Below, in pieces: positions 18,120 to 28,805 of a stretch of 64,000 nt of DNA; the stretch's first letter is position 1, and the number at the start of each line of letters is the position of its first letter. Position numbers and translations under genes: made by a program. The notes under the pieces are model-generated. The model ran no database searches. It was not told the DNA's origin and was given only the letters and a program-made list of their open reading frames with translations. Origin of the DNA: Elusimicrobiota bacterium (GTDB taxonomy: Bacteria > Elusimicrobiota > Elusimicrobia > UBA1565 > UBA9628); assembly GCA_026388095.1 (NCBI GenBank), contig JAPLKL010000051.1, positions 73,713-137,712 of the forward strand, written 5' to 3'.

Positions 18120-19595
18120 ATGTCACGACTTCTCTTTGTCTACTCACAAGACCAGATATATTCATCACAGCATCCGATCGAGTTCTTTGAATACGTGCCA
18201 CTCGGGATCTCTTACATCAGCGCGCTCCTCAGGCAGCACGGTTGCGCCACCGACCTGGCCGTACTCTCCCCCTCAGCTCCCAGAAAGAGCCGGAACATTC
18301 TTGAGCGCAAGATTGCAGCCTTTGGCCCGGACATAATTGGATACTCTGCCGTCAGTACCCAGTTTCCCTTCCTCTCATCGGTCGCTGCTGAAGTCCATGC
18401 CCGGCGCCCGACGCTGTTTCAGATCATAGGCGGAGTTCACGCCACACTCGCGCCGGAAGAGGCTATCAAAGGGCCCTTCGACGCTCTCTGCGTCGGCGAG
18501 GGCGAACTCCCCCTCCTCGAATTGACGAAAACCCTGGCAGCAAAGTCCCCGCTAGCGCCCATTCCGAACCTCTGGATCAAGCACAATGGCGGCATCCTCG
18601 AATCTGCACCTCGGCCATTTCTGGACGATCTGGATAGCCTGCCATTCCCGGATCGAAGCATCTGGACCCAATGGATTCATGTCCCGACCTCGCCGCGGTG
18701 GTCCATCCTCCTCGGCCGCGGTTGTCCTTTCGAATGCACGTACTGCAGCAATCACGCCTTGAAACGCCTGGCGCCCGGCCCCTACGTTCGATTCCGCTCA
18801 CCAGAGAATATCCTGCGCGAGCTCGATGCGCTGACTGCTCAGTATCCGGCAATGCGGGAATTCTATCTGGAAGTCGAGACCATAGGACTGCGCAAGGACT
18901 GGGCGCTGGCGCTCTGCGCAGCATTGGCGGATTCCAACGCGAAACGGCCCGCCCCCTTGGCGTTCTCGGCGAATCTCCGGATATCCCCCGGCTGCGATTT
19001 CGTGGGACTCTTCGCCGCCATGAGGAAAGCCAACTTCACTCAGGTGAACATCGGCCTGGAATCCGGCAGCGAGCGTGTCCGCCGCCAGATCCTGCACCGC
19101 ATCTACTCGAACCAAGACGTGCTAAGAACCGTCGCGCAAGCGCGCGATGCCGGCCTGCGGATATCCCTGTTCAACATGGTCGGATTGCCTGGGGAGACAC
19201 CAGCCGACTTCCAGGAGACAGTGGCGGTCAACCGCGCTTGCCGCCCCGACAACCACAGCACGTCGATCTTCTACCCTTATCCGGGGACTCGCCTGCATGA
19301 GCTTTGCGCTGAGCGCGGACTCCTGCCGCCCGCGGGCCTGCGTGGCGACGTAGAGCGCTGCGCCCCGTGTCTGCAGTTGCCGGAATTCCCCCCGCGCGAG
19401 GTCCGCCGGGCCTTTGTCTGGTTCGATTATCATGTCTACAAGGGGATCCGGCCGATGCACCGCATCCTACCGCGGGTCGCCGGCGCATGGCTGCGTGCCC
19501 ATCCAAGGCTCATGAGCCTAGCCCGTCGCATCGTGCGCAATACGACCGTTGCCCGCGCGATCCGATTGGTGCCGCGATTGCGCAGCTATTTCTAG
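18120..19595 (+). CDS. B12-binding radical SAM protein (class B methyltransferase-like) 1
   Basis: PLGISYI, GGVHAT, GEGE, RGCPFECTYC, GLESGS, GLPGET. Confidence 0.9.
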   Translation: MSRLLFVYSQDQIYSSQHPIEFFEYVPLGISYISALLRQHGCATDLAVLSPSAPRKSRNILERKIAAFGPDIIGYSAVSTQFPFLSSVAAEVHARRPTLFQIIGGVHATLAPEEAIKGPFDALCVGEGELPLLELTKTLAAKSPLAPIPNLWIKHNGGILESAPRPFLDDLDSLPFPDRSIWTQWIHVPTSPRWSILLGRGCPFECTYCSNHALKRLAPGPYVRFRSPENILRELDALTAQYPAMREFYLEVETIGLRKDWALALCAALADSNAKRPAPLAFSANLRISPGCDFVGLFAAMRKANFTQVNIGLESGSERVRRQILHRIYSNQDVLRTVAQARDAGLRISLFNMVGLPGETPADFQETVAVNRACRPDNHSTSIFYPYPGTRLHELCAERGLLPPAGLRGDVERCAPCLQLPEFPPREVRRAFVWFDYHVYKGIRPMHRILPRVAGAWLRAHPRLMSLARRIVRNTTVARAIRLVPRLRSYF

Positions 19596-19601
19596 GGGCC
19601 G

Positions 19602-20573
19602 TTACCTTTTGGCGAGGTAATCCGAGACCATGGATTCTATTCCTTGGTCCAAAGTCTTAGGGGGCGCCCAGCCCATCGTCTTGCGGAACTTCTTGCTATC
19701 GACGAGCAGGGAATCGGAGAGTCGCTTCAATGCTCGCCCGAGGTGAGGAAAGATCGCCCCGGCCAGGCTTAGGCACGGTCTTGGGACCATCCACAGGTTC
19801 GCCTGCTTCCCCATCGCGCGCGCGATCTTCCGAATGAGGTCCGGGGTGGAAACATCCATGCCGTCGCTGATGACAAACGTCTGATTGGCCACTGCGGGCG
19901 CCGTAGCGCAAAGCGTCAAAGCTGCGACAAGGTTTTCCATCCCGATGAAGCTGCGCGAGTTGCGGATGGCGCCCAAAGGCAGTATGCGTCCACTCTGAAC
20001 CGCATCCAGAAGTCTTTGCATATTACCCTTGACCGGCCCCGGACCATACACCAGCGGCGGGCGCAGGACGACTGCTTCCATGCCCGTGTTTCGGCAGGTA
20101 TACCGTAGAGCCTGTTCCGCCTCCCATTTGCTCAATGCGTAAGGCTCGGCCGGCCGCGGCGGAGATCCCTCATCGAATGGGACCGAGTCGGGAGTGGAGA
20201 GTCCGCAGATGCCGATAGTGCTCAGAAACACAAAGCGTTTCACGCCGGCCTGAACCGCGGCCTTGGCGAGGGTTTGAGTGCCCATGACGTTGACCCGGCG
20301 GAATTCCAGCAACGGATCCAGAACTGTCTCGCGGAGCACATGGGCTCGTGCGGCGAGATGGATGACCACATCGACGTCCCGCAAAGCGGCATGCCAATCA
20401 GTCTGGGGACCGATATCAGAGACTTCAATCAATTCCTCTGGCGCCGCTCCTCCCCGCCCGGGCGTCGCCAGATTGCGAACAGTTCCGCGCACGACATGGC
20501 CGCCCGCCGAAAGGGCGCAGCACAGATTGTGCCCGACAAAGCCATTGGCGCCGGTGATCAGGGCACGTTGCAT
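19602..20573 (-). CDS. NAD-dependent epimerase/4-reductase (WbpV/WbpK-like)
   Basis: GANGFVG, HLAARAH, YALSKWEAE, RPPLVYGPG. Confidence 0.85.
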   Translation of the reverse strand: MQRALITGANGFVGHNLCCALSAGGHVVRGTVRNLATPGRGGAAPEELIEVSDIGPQTDWHAALRDVDVVIHLAARAHVLRETVLDPLLEFRRVNVMGTQTLAKAAVQAGVKRFVFLSTIGICGLSTPDSVPFDEGSPPRPAEPYALSKWEAEQALRYTCRNTGMEAVVLRPPLVYGPGPVKGNMQRLLDAVQSGRILPLGAIRNSRSFIGMENLVAALTLCATAPAVANQTFVISDGMDVSTPDLIRKIARAMGKQANLWMVPRPCLSLAGAIFPHLGRALKRLSDSLLVDSKKFRKTMGWAPPKTLDQGIESMVSDYLAKR

Positions 20574-20706
20574 GGGATCATTAGGAGCCCCGACCCGACT
20601 CGCAAGACGATGCTCGTATGATTGCTAAACCGTTGAAAGCATATTGGGGCAACACAGTGATTAATATATTACTCTATATGGAGTTTTCAGATGTCCGCCA
20701 AGGAGC

Positions 20707-21621
20707 ATGATCCGCATGCGCGCACCTCTCTTCTCGGTCGTCATCCCAGCCTACAACGCAGCCGCTTTCATTGAGAAGACCCTCGACTCTGTCCGGGCCC
20801 AGACCCTGCAGGACTATGAGATCATAGTCGTGGACGATGGCTCCCGCGACGACACGAAGGGGGTCGTCGACCGCTGGCTCGCCCGCCATAGCCAACCCGG
20901 CCGCTGTATCAGGCAGGAGAACAAGAAGATCGCCGGCGCCCGCAACACGGGGATCCGCGCCGCTGCCGCTGATCACATCGCCCTCCTCGACCACGACGAC
21001 CTCTGGTACCCGGAGAAGTTGGCGGCCGTGGCCGCGGCTTTTCGAGCGGACCCCGATACCGTCCTCGTATGCCACGACATGAACATCGTCCAGGACGGCC
21101 GCCGCCCAAGAACGGCGCGCATGGGTCCGGCGGCGCCGCGGATGTATGAGCGGCTGCTTTTTGAGGGCAACGCCCTGGCCCCTTCGACTTCCGTTTTCCG
21201 CAAGGACAAAGCCCTGGAGATCGGGGGCTTCCGCGAAAACCCGGAATTCGACACCTCGGAAGACTATGATTTCTGGATGCGCCTATCCCGCATCGGCAGT
21301 TTTCACTTCATCGACCAGGTCCTCACCGAATACCATGAGGTCGAGAACTCCGCCTCGAGCCGCGTAGAATACCACCTCGGCAACGCCGAGGCTGTCCTTC
21401 GTGACCATTTCGCCTCCTATTTCCGAGGAGACCCTGGAATCAGAGGCCGCTTTCTCATGCGGCGCCGCATGGCCACACTGTACCGGGCCTGGGTCGTCGC
21501 GCTGGGCGCGGCCGGAGCCTCGCGGGAGAAACAGCGGGAATATGTGCGCAGGATGATCGTGACATATCCTTTTTCCCCGAGGAATCTGGCGCGCCTCTGC
21601 CTCTGGCTCATCGGCCGCTGA
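20707..21621 (+). CDS. GT2 glycosyltransferase
   Basis: SVVIPAYN, VDDGSRD, ARNTG, LDHDD, EDYDFW; AGGAG SD-like motif upstream. Confidence 0.9.
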   Translation: MIRMRAPLFSVVIPAYNAAAFIEKTLDSVRAQTLQDYEIIVVDDGSRDDTKGVVDRWLARHSQPGRCIRQENKKIAGARNTGIRAAAADHIALLDHDDLWYPEKLAAVAAAFRADPDTVLVCHDMNIVQDGRRPRTARMGPAAPRMYERLLFEGNALAPSTSVFRKDKALEIGGFRENPEFDTSEDYDFWMRLSRIGSFHFIDQVLTEYHEVENSASSRVEYHLGNAEAVLRDHFASYFRGDPGIRGRFLMRRRMATLYRAWVVALGAAGASREKQREYVRRMIVTYPFSPRNLARLCLWLIGR

Positions 21622-21651
21622 TCACGCTAGGGGCCGCGGCTCGCCGGGGAT

Positions 21652-23583
21652 CTAGAGTGGTCTCTTCTTGGTCGCGGCGACGGCCGAGAGCTTGTTGTCC
21701 AGCTCCTGCAGAGCCAACAGGATCACCACGAGCCGGCGGTCATGGGCGAAAGATATCCTGTCGAAGAGGCGCAGGACCAATCGTCGGACCCGGGTCCCGA
21801 GGTCGCGCCAGGGAGGGCCAGGCGGCGGCAACAGGGGCTTCTGGGTGGAACGGACCATGGCGGACCAGCGCTGCAGGTGCGCCGCGAGGGACCGGTCCAG
21901 AACGAACTGGTCGAGGGCGCCCCGGTCAGGCGCCAGCTCCTTCCAGGCGGGTCCGGCGGCCTCTTGGGCGCACAGGAAGCTCTCCGCGGCCCGGCCGACC
22001 TCTCCCGGCTCTCCTCCGAGGCGAGTCCGGAGCTCCAGGATCTCGCGCGCCAGCTCCAGCGTCTTGAGTTCGCTGCGGAAAGACTCTTCCAACAGGCCCA
22101 ACGCGGCCCCCTCGTCGCCTAGGGCGCGGTGATACCGGCCTAGGAGCAGGTTCCGGTTGAGGGTCTTGGTGATCCCGAACAGGTTGGCGTAGCCCAGAGC
22201 CTCCGCCTCGGCGCAGAAGGCCTCGAACTTGCGCAGCCGGTCGGGGAAGGTGTTGCGGCCGTCTTTGGACGACCAGAACAGCTCTCCCAGAGAGACGTCC
22301 ACGCCGAAGCGGTCCGGGTCGGCCATGACCGCGCTGCCCTCGGGGAAATAGCAGAAGTTGAGTGCCGGGTTTATGAGCAGGCGCCGGCGGTGCCGGCGCA
22401 GCTTCCGGATGAAGGACAGCTGCTCCTGGAAGTCGGCTTCGGTCTCTCCGGGCAGACCGAACATCATGTTGAGGCCGACCGTGATACCGGCTTTGGCTCC
22501 GCTGACCACCACAGCCTCGAAATCAGCGTCGAGGCAGGCATTTTTTCCCACGCTGCGCAGGAGCGTCTTGGCCGGAGTCTCCAGGCCGTAGCCGATGAGG
22601 GAGCAGCCGGCGCGCTTGAGCTTGCGATGGAGACGGTCATCCATCTCGCGGCGGATGACCGCGTTTTCAAGGTCGAATCCCACCTTCAGGCCGCTGGCTA
22701 TGAGCAGGTCGCAGAAGGATTCCAGCTCCCGGATGTTGCCGTTGGAGACCGAATCGTGTATCCGGAAGAATTCAGTGCGCGGGTGGAGCTGGAGTTGGTG
22801 ACGGATCTCGGCCAGCACTCGCGCGCCGGTGCGGCAGCGGAATTTCGGGAAGAACTGATTCTCGGTGCAGTAGCAGCAGTGGTTGATGCAGCCGCGTGAG
22901 AAGTAAGTGGGCAGGACGTTGTGGCCCGCGTAGAGGTCCAGCTCGAAGTCGGAGAAGTCGGGGAAGGGCAGGGAATCCAGCGGGCTGATGAGCTCCCGGG
23001 ACGGGCCGGCCACGGGTTTGCCGTCCTCTCCCCGCTGAGCCACGCCGGCGATTGGGCGGGGCTCGCCGGCATCGGCCGCGAGCCATTCGGTCAGCGCGGC
23101 CTCGCCTTCGCCGAAGACCACCGCATCCGCCAGTCCCTCGCGCAGGAGTTCCCTCCAAGCCCGCGTGTAAGGCGCCACCTGGGGACCGCCGAAGACCAAT
23201 CTGATCTCGGGAGCGACCTGCCGGAATTTGGCGGCCAGCAGACGGGCGGCCAGCAATGAAGAGCAGTGCGTCGATAGTCCTACGGCCCGGGGGTTCTGGG
23301 CGAGTATCGACTGCACGGAGGCGAGCAGCTCGTCCGCGTAATAGGCGAACATCCCTTCCATGAAGGAGGGGCTTTCCCAGGAGTTGTAGCCGTTGGCCGG
23401 AGCCCAGGTATCCGAGTAGGAGCTGCCGCGAAGGTTGTAGAGGATGATATTGAGGTCGAAGGTCCGGGCGCGCAGGCCCTGCCCTGTCAGATAGCTCTTG
23501 AGTTGGGCCAGGCCCAGGGGCGGATTCTGATTGGCCCAGCCGGGGGGCTGCACGAGGGCGATGTCGAGTCCGGGCTGATTCAC
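21652..23583 (-). CDS. B12-binding radical SAM protein 2 with C-terminal extension
   Basis: PPLGLAQL, GGPQ, GEGE, RGCINHCCYC, GLPGET; GTG start overlaps upstream stop. Confidence 0.88.
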   Translation of the reverse strand: MNQPGLDIALVQPPGWANQNPPLGLAQLKSYLTGQGLRARTFDLNIILYNLRGSSYSDTWAPANGYNSWESPSFMEGMFAYYADELLASVQSILAQNPRAVGLSTHCSSLLAARLLAAKFRQVAPEIRLVFGGPQVAPYTRAWRELLREGLADAVVFGEGEAALTEWLAADAGEPRPIAGVAQRGEDGKPVAGPSRELISPLDSLPFPDFSDFELDLYAGHNVLPTYFSRGCINHCCYCTENQFFPKFRCRTGARVLAEIRHQLQLHPRTEFFRIHDSVSNGNIRELESFCDLLIASGLKVGFDLENAVIRREMDDRLHRKLKRAGCSLIGYGLETPAKTLLRSVGKNACLDADFEAVVVSGAKAGITVGLNMMFGLPGETEADFQEQLSFIRKLRRHRRRLLINPALNFCYFPEGSAVMADPDRFGVDVSLGELFWSSKDGRNTFPDRLRKFEAFCAEAEALGYANLFGITKTLNRNLLLGRYHRALGDEGAALGLLEESFRSELKTLELAREILELRTRLGGEPGEVGRAAESFLCAQEAAGPAWKELAPDRGALDQFVLDRSLAAHLQRWSAMVRSTQKPLLPPPGPPWRDLGTRVRRLVLRLFDRISFAHDRRLVVILLALQELDNKLSAVAATKKRPL

Positions 23584-24542
23584 TGCGCACCTCCGCGGCG
23601 GAGCTTCAAGGCCAGGCGCAGGGGCAGGCGCAGGGCCCAGAGCAGCAGGGCCGACGGGAAGCCCGGGACCCGGAGCAACGGCGCCGCGACGCCTTTGCGG
23701 GCGGTGGCGCGCAGGACGCGGACCCCGACCCGCGGCAGCAGTTCGAGCTGCAGGTCCACGAGGGTCAGGCCGTGGCGCGCCAGGAGCCCAGCCAGCGAAC
23801 GACGGCTGAAGAAGACGTGATGGGTCAGGTCCACGGGCAGGTTGCTGCCCCTGTGGCGACGGAAGAAATACCAATCGAAGCAGGCCTCCATGTCATCAGG
23901 TATCTCGATGAAGAGGAAGCCCCCGTCGGCGACGAGCCGGGCGCAGTCGGCCACCACGGCGTTGGGATCCAGGCAGTGCTCCAGGACGTTGCAGAGGATG
24001 ACCAGGTCGGCCTGGTCCCCGTCCGGGACCTGATGCGCGTAGCGCCGCTCTTTGATGATGGCGGGGTGACGGACCGGAGCCGCGATGGGGTCGTAGACTC
24101 GGCACGCCCGCCCGGCCGCGGCCAGTTCCACGAGGCGGAACCCATCGCGGCCGCCGATGTCGAAGACCTGGCGGATGGGACGGCCCCAGCGGGTCTCGAG
24201 ACCCTGCGTGTAATCCGCCAGGTGTCGCGCGCATGCGGACAGGAACTCCTCGTCAGCGTAGACGAGTTCCGGGGAGTCCTTGAAGCGGCTTTCCAGAGCG
24301 TGGTAGGACTCATCATAGATGCGGCCGAGCTCGGCCTCGTCGAAGAAAAGGGCGCGGTAACCGGCGTGGCAGCCGCGGCAGAGCGCCAGGACTTCTTTCG
24401 GCCTCTCTTGGCGACCGATCTTGAGGAGGTATTCCTCATAGGAGGCCTTCATGAGGCCCGCGGCGCGGGCGAGGGCTACGGATTGCCGGATCTCCAGCAG
24501 CGGCGTTTCCGCGCAGACCGGACAGCGGGAGGAGTATCTCAT
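23580..24542 (-). CDS. class I SAM-dependent methyltransferase with N-terminal Zn motif
   Basis: CPVC..CRGC, DIGGRDG, NVLEH, FIEIP. Confidence 0.8.
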   Translation of the reverse strand: MRYSSRCPVCAETPLLEIRQSVALARAAGLMKASYEEYLLKIGRQERPKEVLALCRGCHAGYRALFFDEAELGRIYDESYHALESRFKDSPELVYADEEFLSACARHLADYTQGLETRWGRPIRQVFDIGGRDGFRLVELAAAGRACRVYDPIAAPVRHPAIIKERRYAHQVPDGDQADLVILCNVLEHCLDPNAVVADCARLVADGGFLFIEIPDDMEACFDWYFFRRHRGSNLPVDLTHHVFFSRRSLAGLLARHGLTLVDLQLELLPRVGVRVLRATARKGVAAPLLRVPGFPSALLLWALRLPLRLALKLRRGGAQ

Positions 24543-25393
24543 GCCGCGGGAGGGCCTCCCGGCGCGGTCTTGCGCAGACAGGCGAGATAGTCGCTATGGC
24601 GCACCAGAGCGGTCCCCGCTCCGGTGAGGAAGCAGAACAAAGGGTAAAGGGCTCGCCCTGCCATGCTTATAGCCTTGCGCAGGACCTTGCGCGGCGCGGA
24701 ATCGTGGTTCCACCGGCTGAGCAGGATATCATACTCGTGGCCGGCGCTGTCGCAAAGCAGGTCCGGCAGGCGCCAAGAGCGGGAGCAATAGCGGGCCCAC
24801 GCCATCTCGAATCCCCAGCGTCCAGCCAGGCGCGCCAGGAGCAGAGGGTCGATCCAGCAGGTATGCTCCGGGTTCACCAAGAAGGAGCGCTTCCAGGCTA
24901 CGTAATGGAATTCGCCCGCGAAGAAGGGGTTGGGGGTGGAGATGAGCAGGATGCCGCCGTCCGCCAGAAGGCGGTGGCAGTTAGCGAAGAAAGCTTCCAA
25001 GTTCCCCAGGTGCTCGACGAGGTCCCCGGCCACGACGACGTCGAAGACCTCCGTGATGGGGAGGGGGCGGGTGACGTCCCCGCAGATCATGTCATAGCCT
25101 TGCGCCCGCAGTTTCTCCACTTCACCGGCCAGATAGTCCACTCCCAGGACGCGCGCGGCCACGTCGCGGATCCGCCGGTGCAGCCAGAGAGGGTCCGAGA
25201 CTGAGCAGCTCGCGTCGTGGCGCACGCAGCCCAGATCCAGGACTCGGCGCCCGCGGCAGAGCTGGGCGATGGCGTCCTCCCTATCAACGGGCCGGCTGCG
25301 GCGCATAGCCTGGGAGAAGGCGAAGCGGTCCTTGCAGGGAAGAGCCTCGGCCGGTCCGTCGCCACGGCCCAAGTCGACGCTCTCCTTACCCAT
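24539..25393 (-). CDS. class I SAM-dependent methyltransferase
   Basis: VLDLGC, FDVVVAGDLVEH, ISTPN. Confidence 0.82.
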   Translation of the reverse strand: MGKESVDLGRGDGPAEALPCKDRFAFSQAMRRSRPVDREDAIAQLCRGRRVLDLGCVRHDASCSVSDPLWLHRRIRDVAARVLGVDYLAGEVEKLRAQGYDMICGDVTRPLPITEVFDVVVAGDLVEHLGNLEAFFANCHRLLADGGILLISTPNPFFAGEFHYVAWKRSFLVNPEHTCWIDPLLLARLAGRWGFEMAWARYCSRSWRLPDLLCDSAGHEYDILLSRWNHDSAPRKVLRKAISMAGRALYPLFCFLTGAGTALVRHSDYLACLRKTAPGGPPAA

Positions 25394-26417
25394 GGCGTGC
25401 TGCCGCGGGCTTAGCCGAGAAACCATAGCGCTCGGCATGGGCTCTGTAGTGCTTGACGGTCCGGGCGATGCCTTCCTCGATGGGGACCAGGGGTTCCCAG
25501 GAGAGCTCCCGGCGTATCTTGCCGATGTTGGTGACGTAGTCGCCTGTCTCGACGAAATAACGGTCCTTCGGCCACGGAACGAACTGAACTTCCCCCTGCC
25601 CGACCGCGCGGACCACCAGTTCGGCCATGTCCTTGAAGGCGAGCCCTTTCCCCGAGCCGAGGTTGAAGACGTCGAAATGGATGTCCTTGGCTGCCGCGCC
25701 CACGAGCATGGCCCTGGCCAAGTCCTCCACGTAGATATAGTCCCTTTGCTGAAGGCCTTCACCGTAGACGGTGAGGGGTCGGCCTTCCAGGGCCAGACGG
25801 ATGAACCAGTTGAGTATCCCGTATTTGCCGTGCTTCATCTGCTGGCGGGGGCCGTAAGGATTGGCTATCCGGAAGATGACGGCGTCTAGGCCATGTGCCC
25901 GCTGATAGAAATGATAGTACTTTTCTCCGTTGAGCTTATGCACCCCGTAGATGCTCAGGCAGTTGTACGGGTGGTTCTCGTCGACGGGATTGTACTCGAT
26001 GTCTCCATAGACGAAGCGTGAGCTGGGAAAGATCAGTCGCGCCTTGGGGTTGTGCAGGCGGCAGGCTTCGAGCACCGTAAGATGCCCCCGGCAATTGACG
26101 TCCAGATCATAAAAGGGATCGACGTTGCTGTCGACATAGCTCACCTGGGCGGCCAGATTGAAGATGATGTCCTTGCCCTTGACTGCCTCGGACATCAGGG
26201 GCAGTTCGCGGATATCCCCATATACGAGGCGCACACGATCCTGGATGCCCTCCAGGTTGAAAGGGTTCGCCCCGAACAGGGGGGACATGGTATCGAGGAT
26301 CGTCACCTGCGCGCCGGCCTCCACCGCATAGTGCGCGATCGTGCTGCCTATCATCCCGGTCCCGCCGGTGATGAGGATGTTGGCTCCCGCCAAGGCGCGT
26401 AAGTCATTTTTGGGCAT
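25386..26417 (-). CDS. NAD-dependent epimerase/dehydratase
   Basis: GGTGMIG, NLAAQVS, YGVHK, NPYGPRQ, RDYIYVED. Confidence 0.88.
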   Translation of the reverse strand: MPKNDLRALAGANILITGGTGMIGSTIAHYAVEAGAQVTILDTMSPLFGANPFNLEGIQDRVRLVYGDIRELPLMSEAVKGKDIIFNLAAQVSYVDSNVDPFYDLDVNCRGHLTVLEACRLHNPKARLIFPSSRFVYGDIEYNPVDENHPYNCLSIYGVHKLNGEKYYHFYQRAHGLDAVIFRIANPYGPRQQMKHGKYGILNWFIRLALEGRPLTVYGEGLQQRDYIYVEDLARAMLVGAAAKDIHFDVFNLGSGKGLAFKDMAELVVRAVGQGEVQFVPWPKDRYFVETGDYVTNIGKIRRELSWEPLVPIEEGIARTVKHYRAHAERYGFSAKPAAARHG

Positions 26418-27690
26418 GAGTCCCTCCGATTCCCGGCTCTTCCGTCAGGACTGCTTGGTACAATTCCTGATAACGTCGGGCGGCGAACTCGGCCCGGAAA
26501 TGCTGCTCGAAACGCTCTTTCCCCGCTCGTCCCATGGCTTGGCTGCGGTCGGGGGATGAGAGCAAAGACGCGATGGCGGACGCCAGGCTCTGAGGATCTC
26601 CGGGCGGCACCAGCAGGCCGGTTCGTCCGTCCTCGACCTCCTCGACGATGCCTGCCACGGCCGACGCGACTACCGGTTTGCCCATTGCCATGGCATCCAG
26701 GACGATCAAGGGCATGTCTTCATGGCTGAGCGACGGCAGGACGAGCAGGTCGGCGGCATTGAGGATATGATCGGCGTCGTTCCGATACCCCAGGAATAGG
26801 AAATTGGCGCTCAAGCCGCACCTACGCGCCAGGGATTCGATGGCGCCCCGTTCCGGACCGTCCCCAATGAGGATGAGGCGCCACTCCGGCGGGAGCCTCC
26901 CGGCCTTTGCCAAGAGGTCGGCGGCCTCCACCAAGACGCGATGGCCCTTGCGCGGCTCGAAGAAGGCGGTCATGACCAGGACTGTCTGTCCGGGCGAGAG
27001 TCCAAGTTCCCGGCGGACCTCGGCGGTGGGTCTAAGCCCCTCCGGCCGGCGGATGCCGTTGGAAATGGTCAGGGTTCGGTCGGCCGGGAAGCCTCGGTGC
27101 ACGAGTGCCTGCTTGGCAGCTTGCGAGGCCGTGACAAAGCGGCGGCAGGAACGCATGATGAGCCGGTCGACCCAGAGTTCCGGCCATTCCCAAGGCAGCC
27201 GCAAGGGGCGGGTGATGTTGTTGACCGTGAGGACGACGGCAGGGACGCGGGCCCAGGCGGCGGCGATAGCAGCCGCTCGGCAGCTCAGCGCCCCGGGGTA
27301 TCCCCCGTTGTTGATGTGTACGAGGCGAGGCTTGCCGCGCGCGAACAGCTGGTAAAGCCGGAGGGTCTCCCAAGAGAGCAGAGGCCAATCGAGAAGACGG
27401 TAAAGGAGCTTGAAAAAAAGCCGGGCCGGCGCGAGAGGGAACGCTCGGTTCGCCGCCGCGAACCAGGCATCCCGATCCGGGAAGCGCACCGGCGTTTTGG
27501 CGAGGGGGACGCGCAACCGCCGCGCCAAGCCGCAGTCGAAGCGCTGGCTGCTGCGATAGATCAGCCGGCAATCAAATTCCTCCCGCAGATGCCCCTCTTG
27601 CAGGAAGTCGACCAGGAAGATATCGGCGCCCCCGAAGACCTGGCAGTCAGTGTAGAGCCAGAGCGTCGGTTTGACGGCGCGGTCAGGCAT
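26404..27690 (-). CDS. GT4 glycosyltransferase
   Basis: KGHRVL, EDMPLIVLDAMAMGKPVV. Confidence 0.88.
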   Translation of the reverse strand: MPDRAVKPTLWLYTDCQVFGGADIFLVDFLQEGHLREEFDCRLIYRSSQRFDCGLARRLRVPLAKTPVRFPDRDAWFAAANRAFPLAPARLFFKLLYRLLDWPLLSWETLRLYQLFARGKPRLVHINNGGYPGALSCRAAAIAAAWARVPAVVLTVNNITRPLRLPWEWPELWVDRLIMRSCRRFVTASQAAKQALVHRGFPADRTLTISNGIRRPEGLRPTAEVRRELGLSPGQTVLVMTAFFEPRKGHRVLVEAADLLAKAGRLPPEWRLILIGDGPERGAIESLARRCGLSANFLFLGYRNDADHILNAADLLVLPSLSHEDMPLIVLDAMAMGKPVVASAVAGIVEEVEDGRTGLLVPPGDPQSLASAIASLLSSPDRSQAMGRAGKERFEQHFRAEFAARRYQELYQAVLTEEPGIGGTHAQK

Positions 27691-27726
27691 CGCTTCCCCT
27701 GCTTTCGTAGGCGAAGTTGAGCGGGC

Positions 27727-28635
27727 TCATGTCTTCACGCTCATGGATGCTCGCATCTGCCGCAGGCCATCATCGACGGCGAGCGGGGCAACCCCAAGCT
27801 CGCGTTCCATGCGCTGTGTCACAAAAGCCGTGTTCGGCGGCCGGGGCGCGATGTCCGGGAAAAAAGAGCTGTCCACCGGTCTAATGAGCGAGGCGTCGAG
27901 GCTGAAAGCCTTTGCGATCTTCCGGGCGAAATCGTAGCGGCTCACTGTGTCCTTGCCGGCCAGATGGAAGATGCCTCCCGGCCGATTGTTTATCACGGCC
28001 CAGAGGGCCCGGCCACACTGCCGGTTGTACAGCGGGTTCTCGTAGACATCGGTCACGATATGCACCGCTTCCCCGCGCATGAGCTTGTCGAATATCCAGG
28101 TCACGGTGTTGGGCCGGCTCACGATATGGTTCCAGCCGTACATGAGGATGGGGCGCACGATGCAGTAGTCGGTCAGGGTCTCGCGGACCAAGCGCTCGCA
28201 TTCGACCTTGAGCAGGCCGTACTTGTTGACCGGGGAGACGGGGTCGGACTCCTTGTATGGAGGATTCTTGCCGTCGAAGACCGCGTTGGTGGAGACGTAA
28301 GCCAGATAGGTCCCGGATTTACGGCAGGCCGAAGTCACGTTGAGGGTGCCGACGATGTTGGATTCGAGGCTCTCCGCGTAGTGCTTCTCCACATAATCCA
28401 CGCTGGCGATGCCGGCCGCGTGGATGACCGCGTCGAAACAGTGCTTGACGAAGAGCCGGTCCACGGCGCGCTTGTCGCGGATGTCGAGTACCAGGCACTT
28501 TGCGTGCGAGTCCTTGACCTCGTAGGCGCGCTGGTGCAGGCTCAGGATCCGCCACCCCGCAGGCATGGTTTCCTCCATGCCTTTGCCCAGGAGTCCGGTA
28601 CCCCCGGTGATAAGGATAGTCTTCTTTTGGCTCAT
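27727..28635 (-). CDS. dTDP-4-dehydrorhamnose reductase-like SDR (RfbD/RmlD family)
   Basis: GGTGLLG, STNAVFDG, PVNKYGLLK, APRP. Confidence 0.8.
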   Translation of the reverse strand: MSQKKTILITGGTGLLGKGMEETMPAGWRILSLHQRAYEVKDSHAKCLVLDIRDKRAVDRLFVKHCFDAVIHAAGIASVDYVEKHYAESLESNIVGTLNVTSACRKSGTYLAYVSTNAVFDGKNPPYKESDPVSPVNKYGLLKVECERLVRETLTDYCIVRPILMYGWNHIVSRPNTVTWIFDKLMRGEAVHIVTDVYENPLYNRQCGRALWAVINNRPGGIFHLAGKDTVSRYDFARKIAKAFSLDASLIRPVDSSFFPDIAPRPPNTAFVTQRMERELGVAPLAVDDGLRQMRASMSVKT

Positions 28636-28673
28636 GGGTTTGCGGCCGCGCCATAGGGGCACGGCCCCCTAAA

Positions 28674-28700
28674 TATGATGTTTAAGTATTGAACAAGATA
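28674..28700. promoter_or_regulatory. palindromic operator (site 2) in the divergent rfbD-like/pseB promoter region
   Basis: TGTTTAAGTATTGAACA (28679-28695), preceded by TATGAT on + and TATCTT on -. Confidence 0.65.
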
Positions 28701-28805
28701 CAAGTTCTTGGTCCAAAAGTGTGACGTTTCGCAGCGATTCAAAATTCCCGCCACCAGAATGAAAGAAATTGCCTTTAAGGAAGGTCAGAATCATATAATA
28801 TCCGC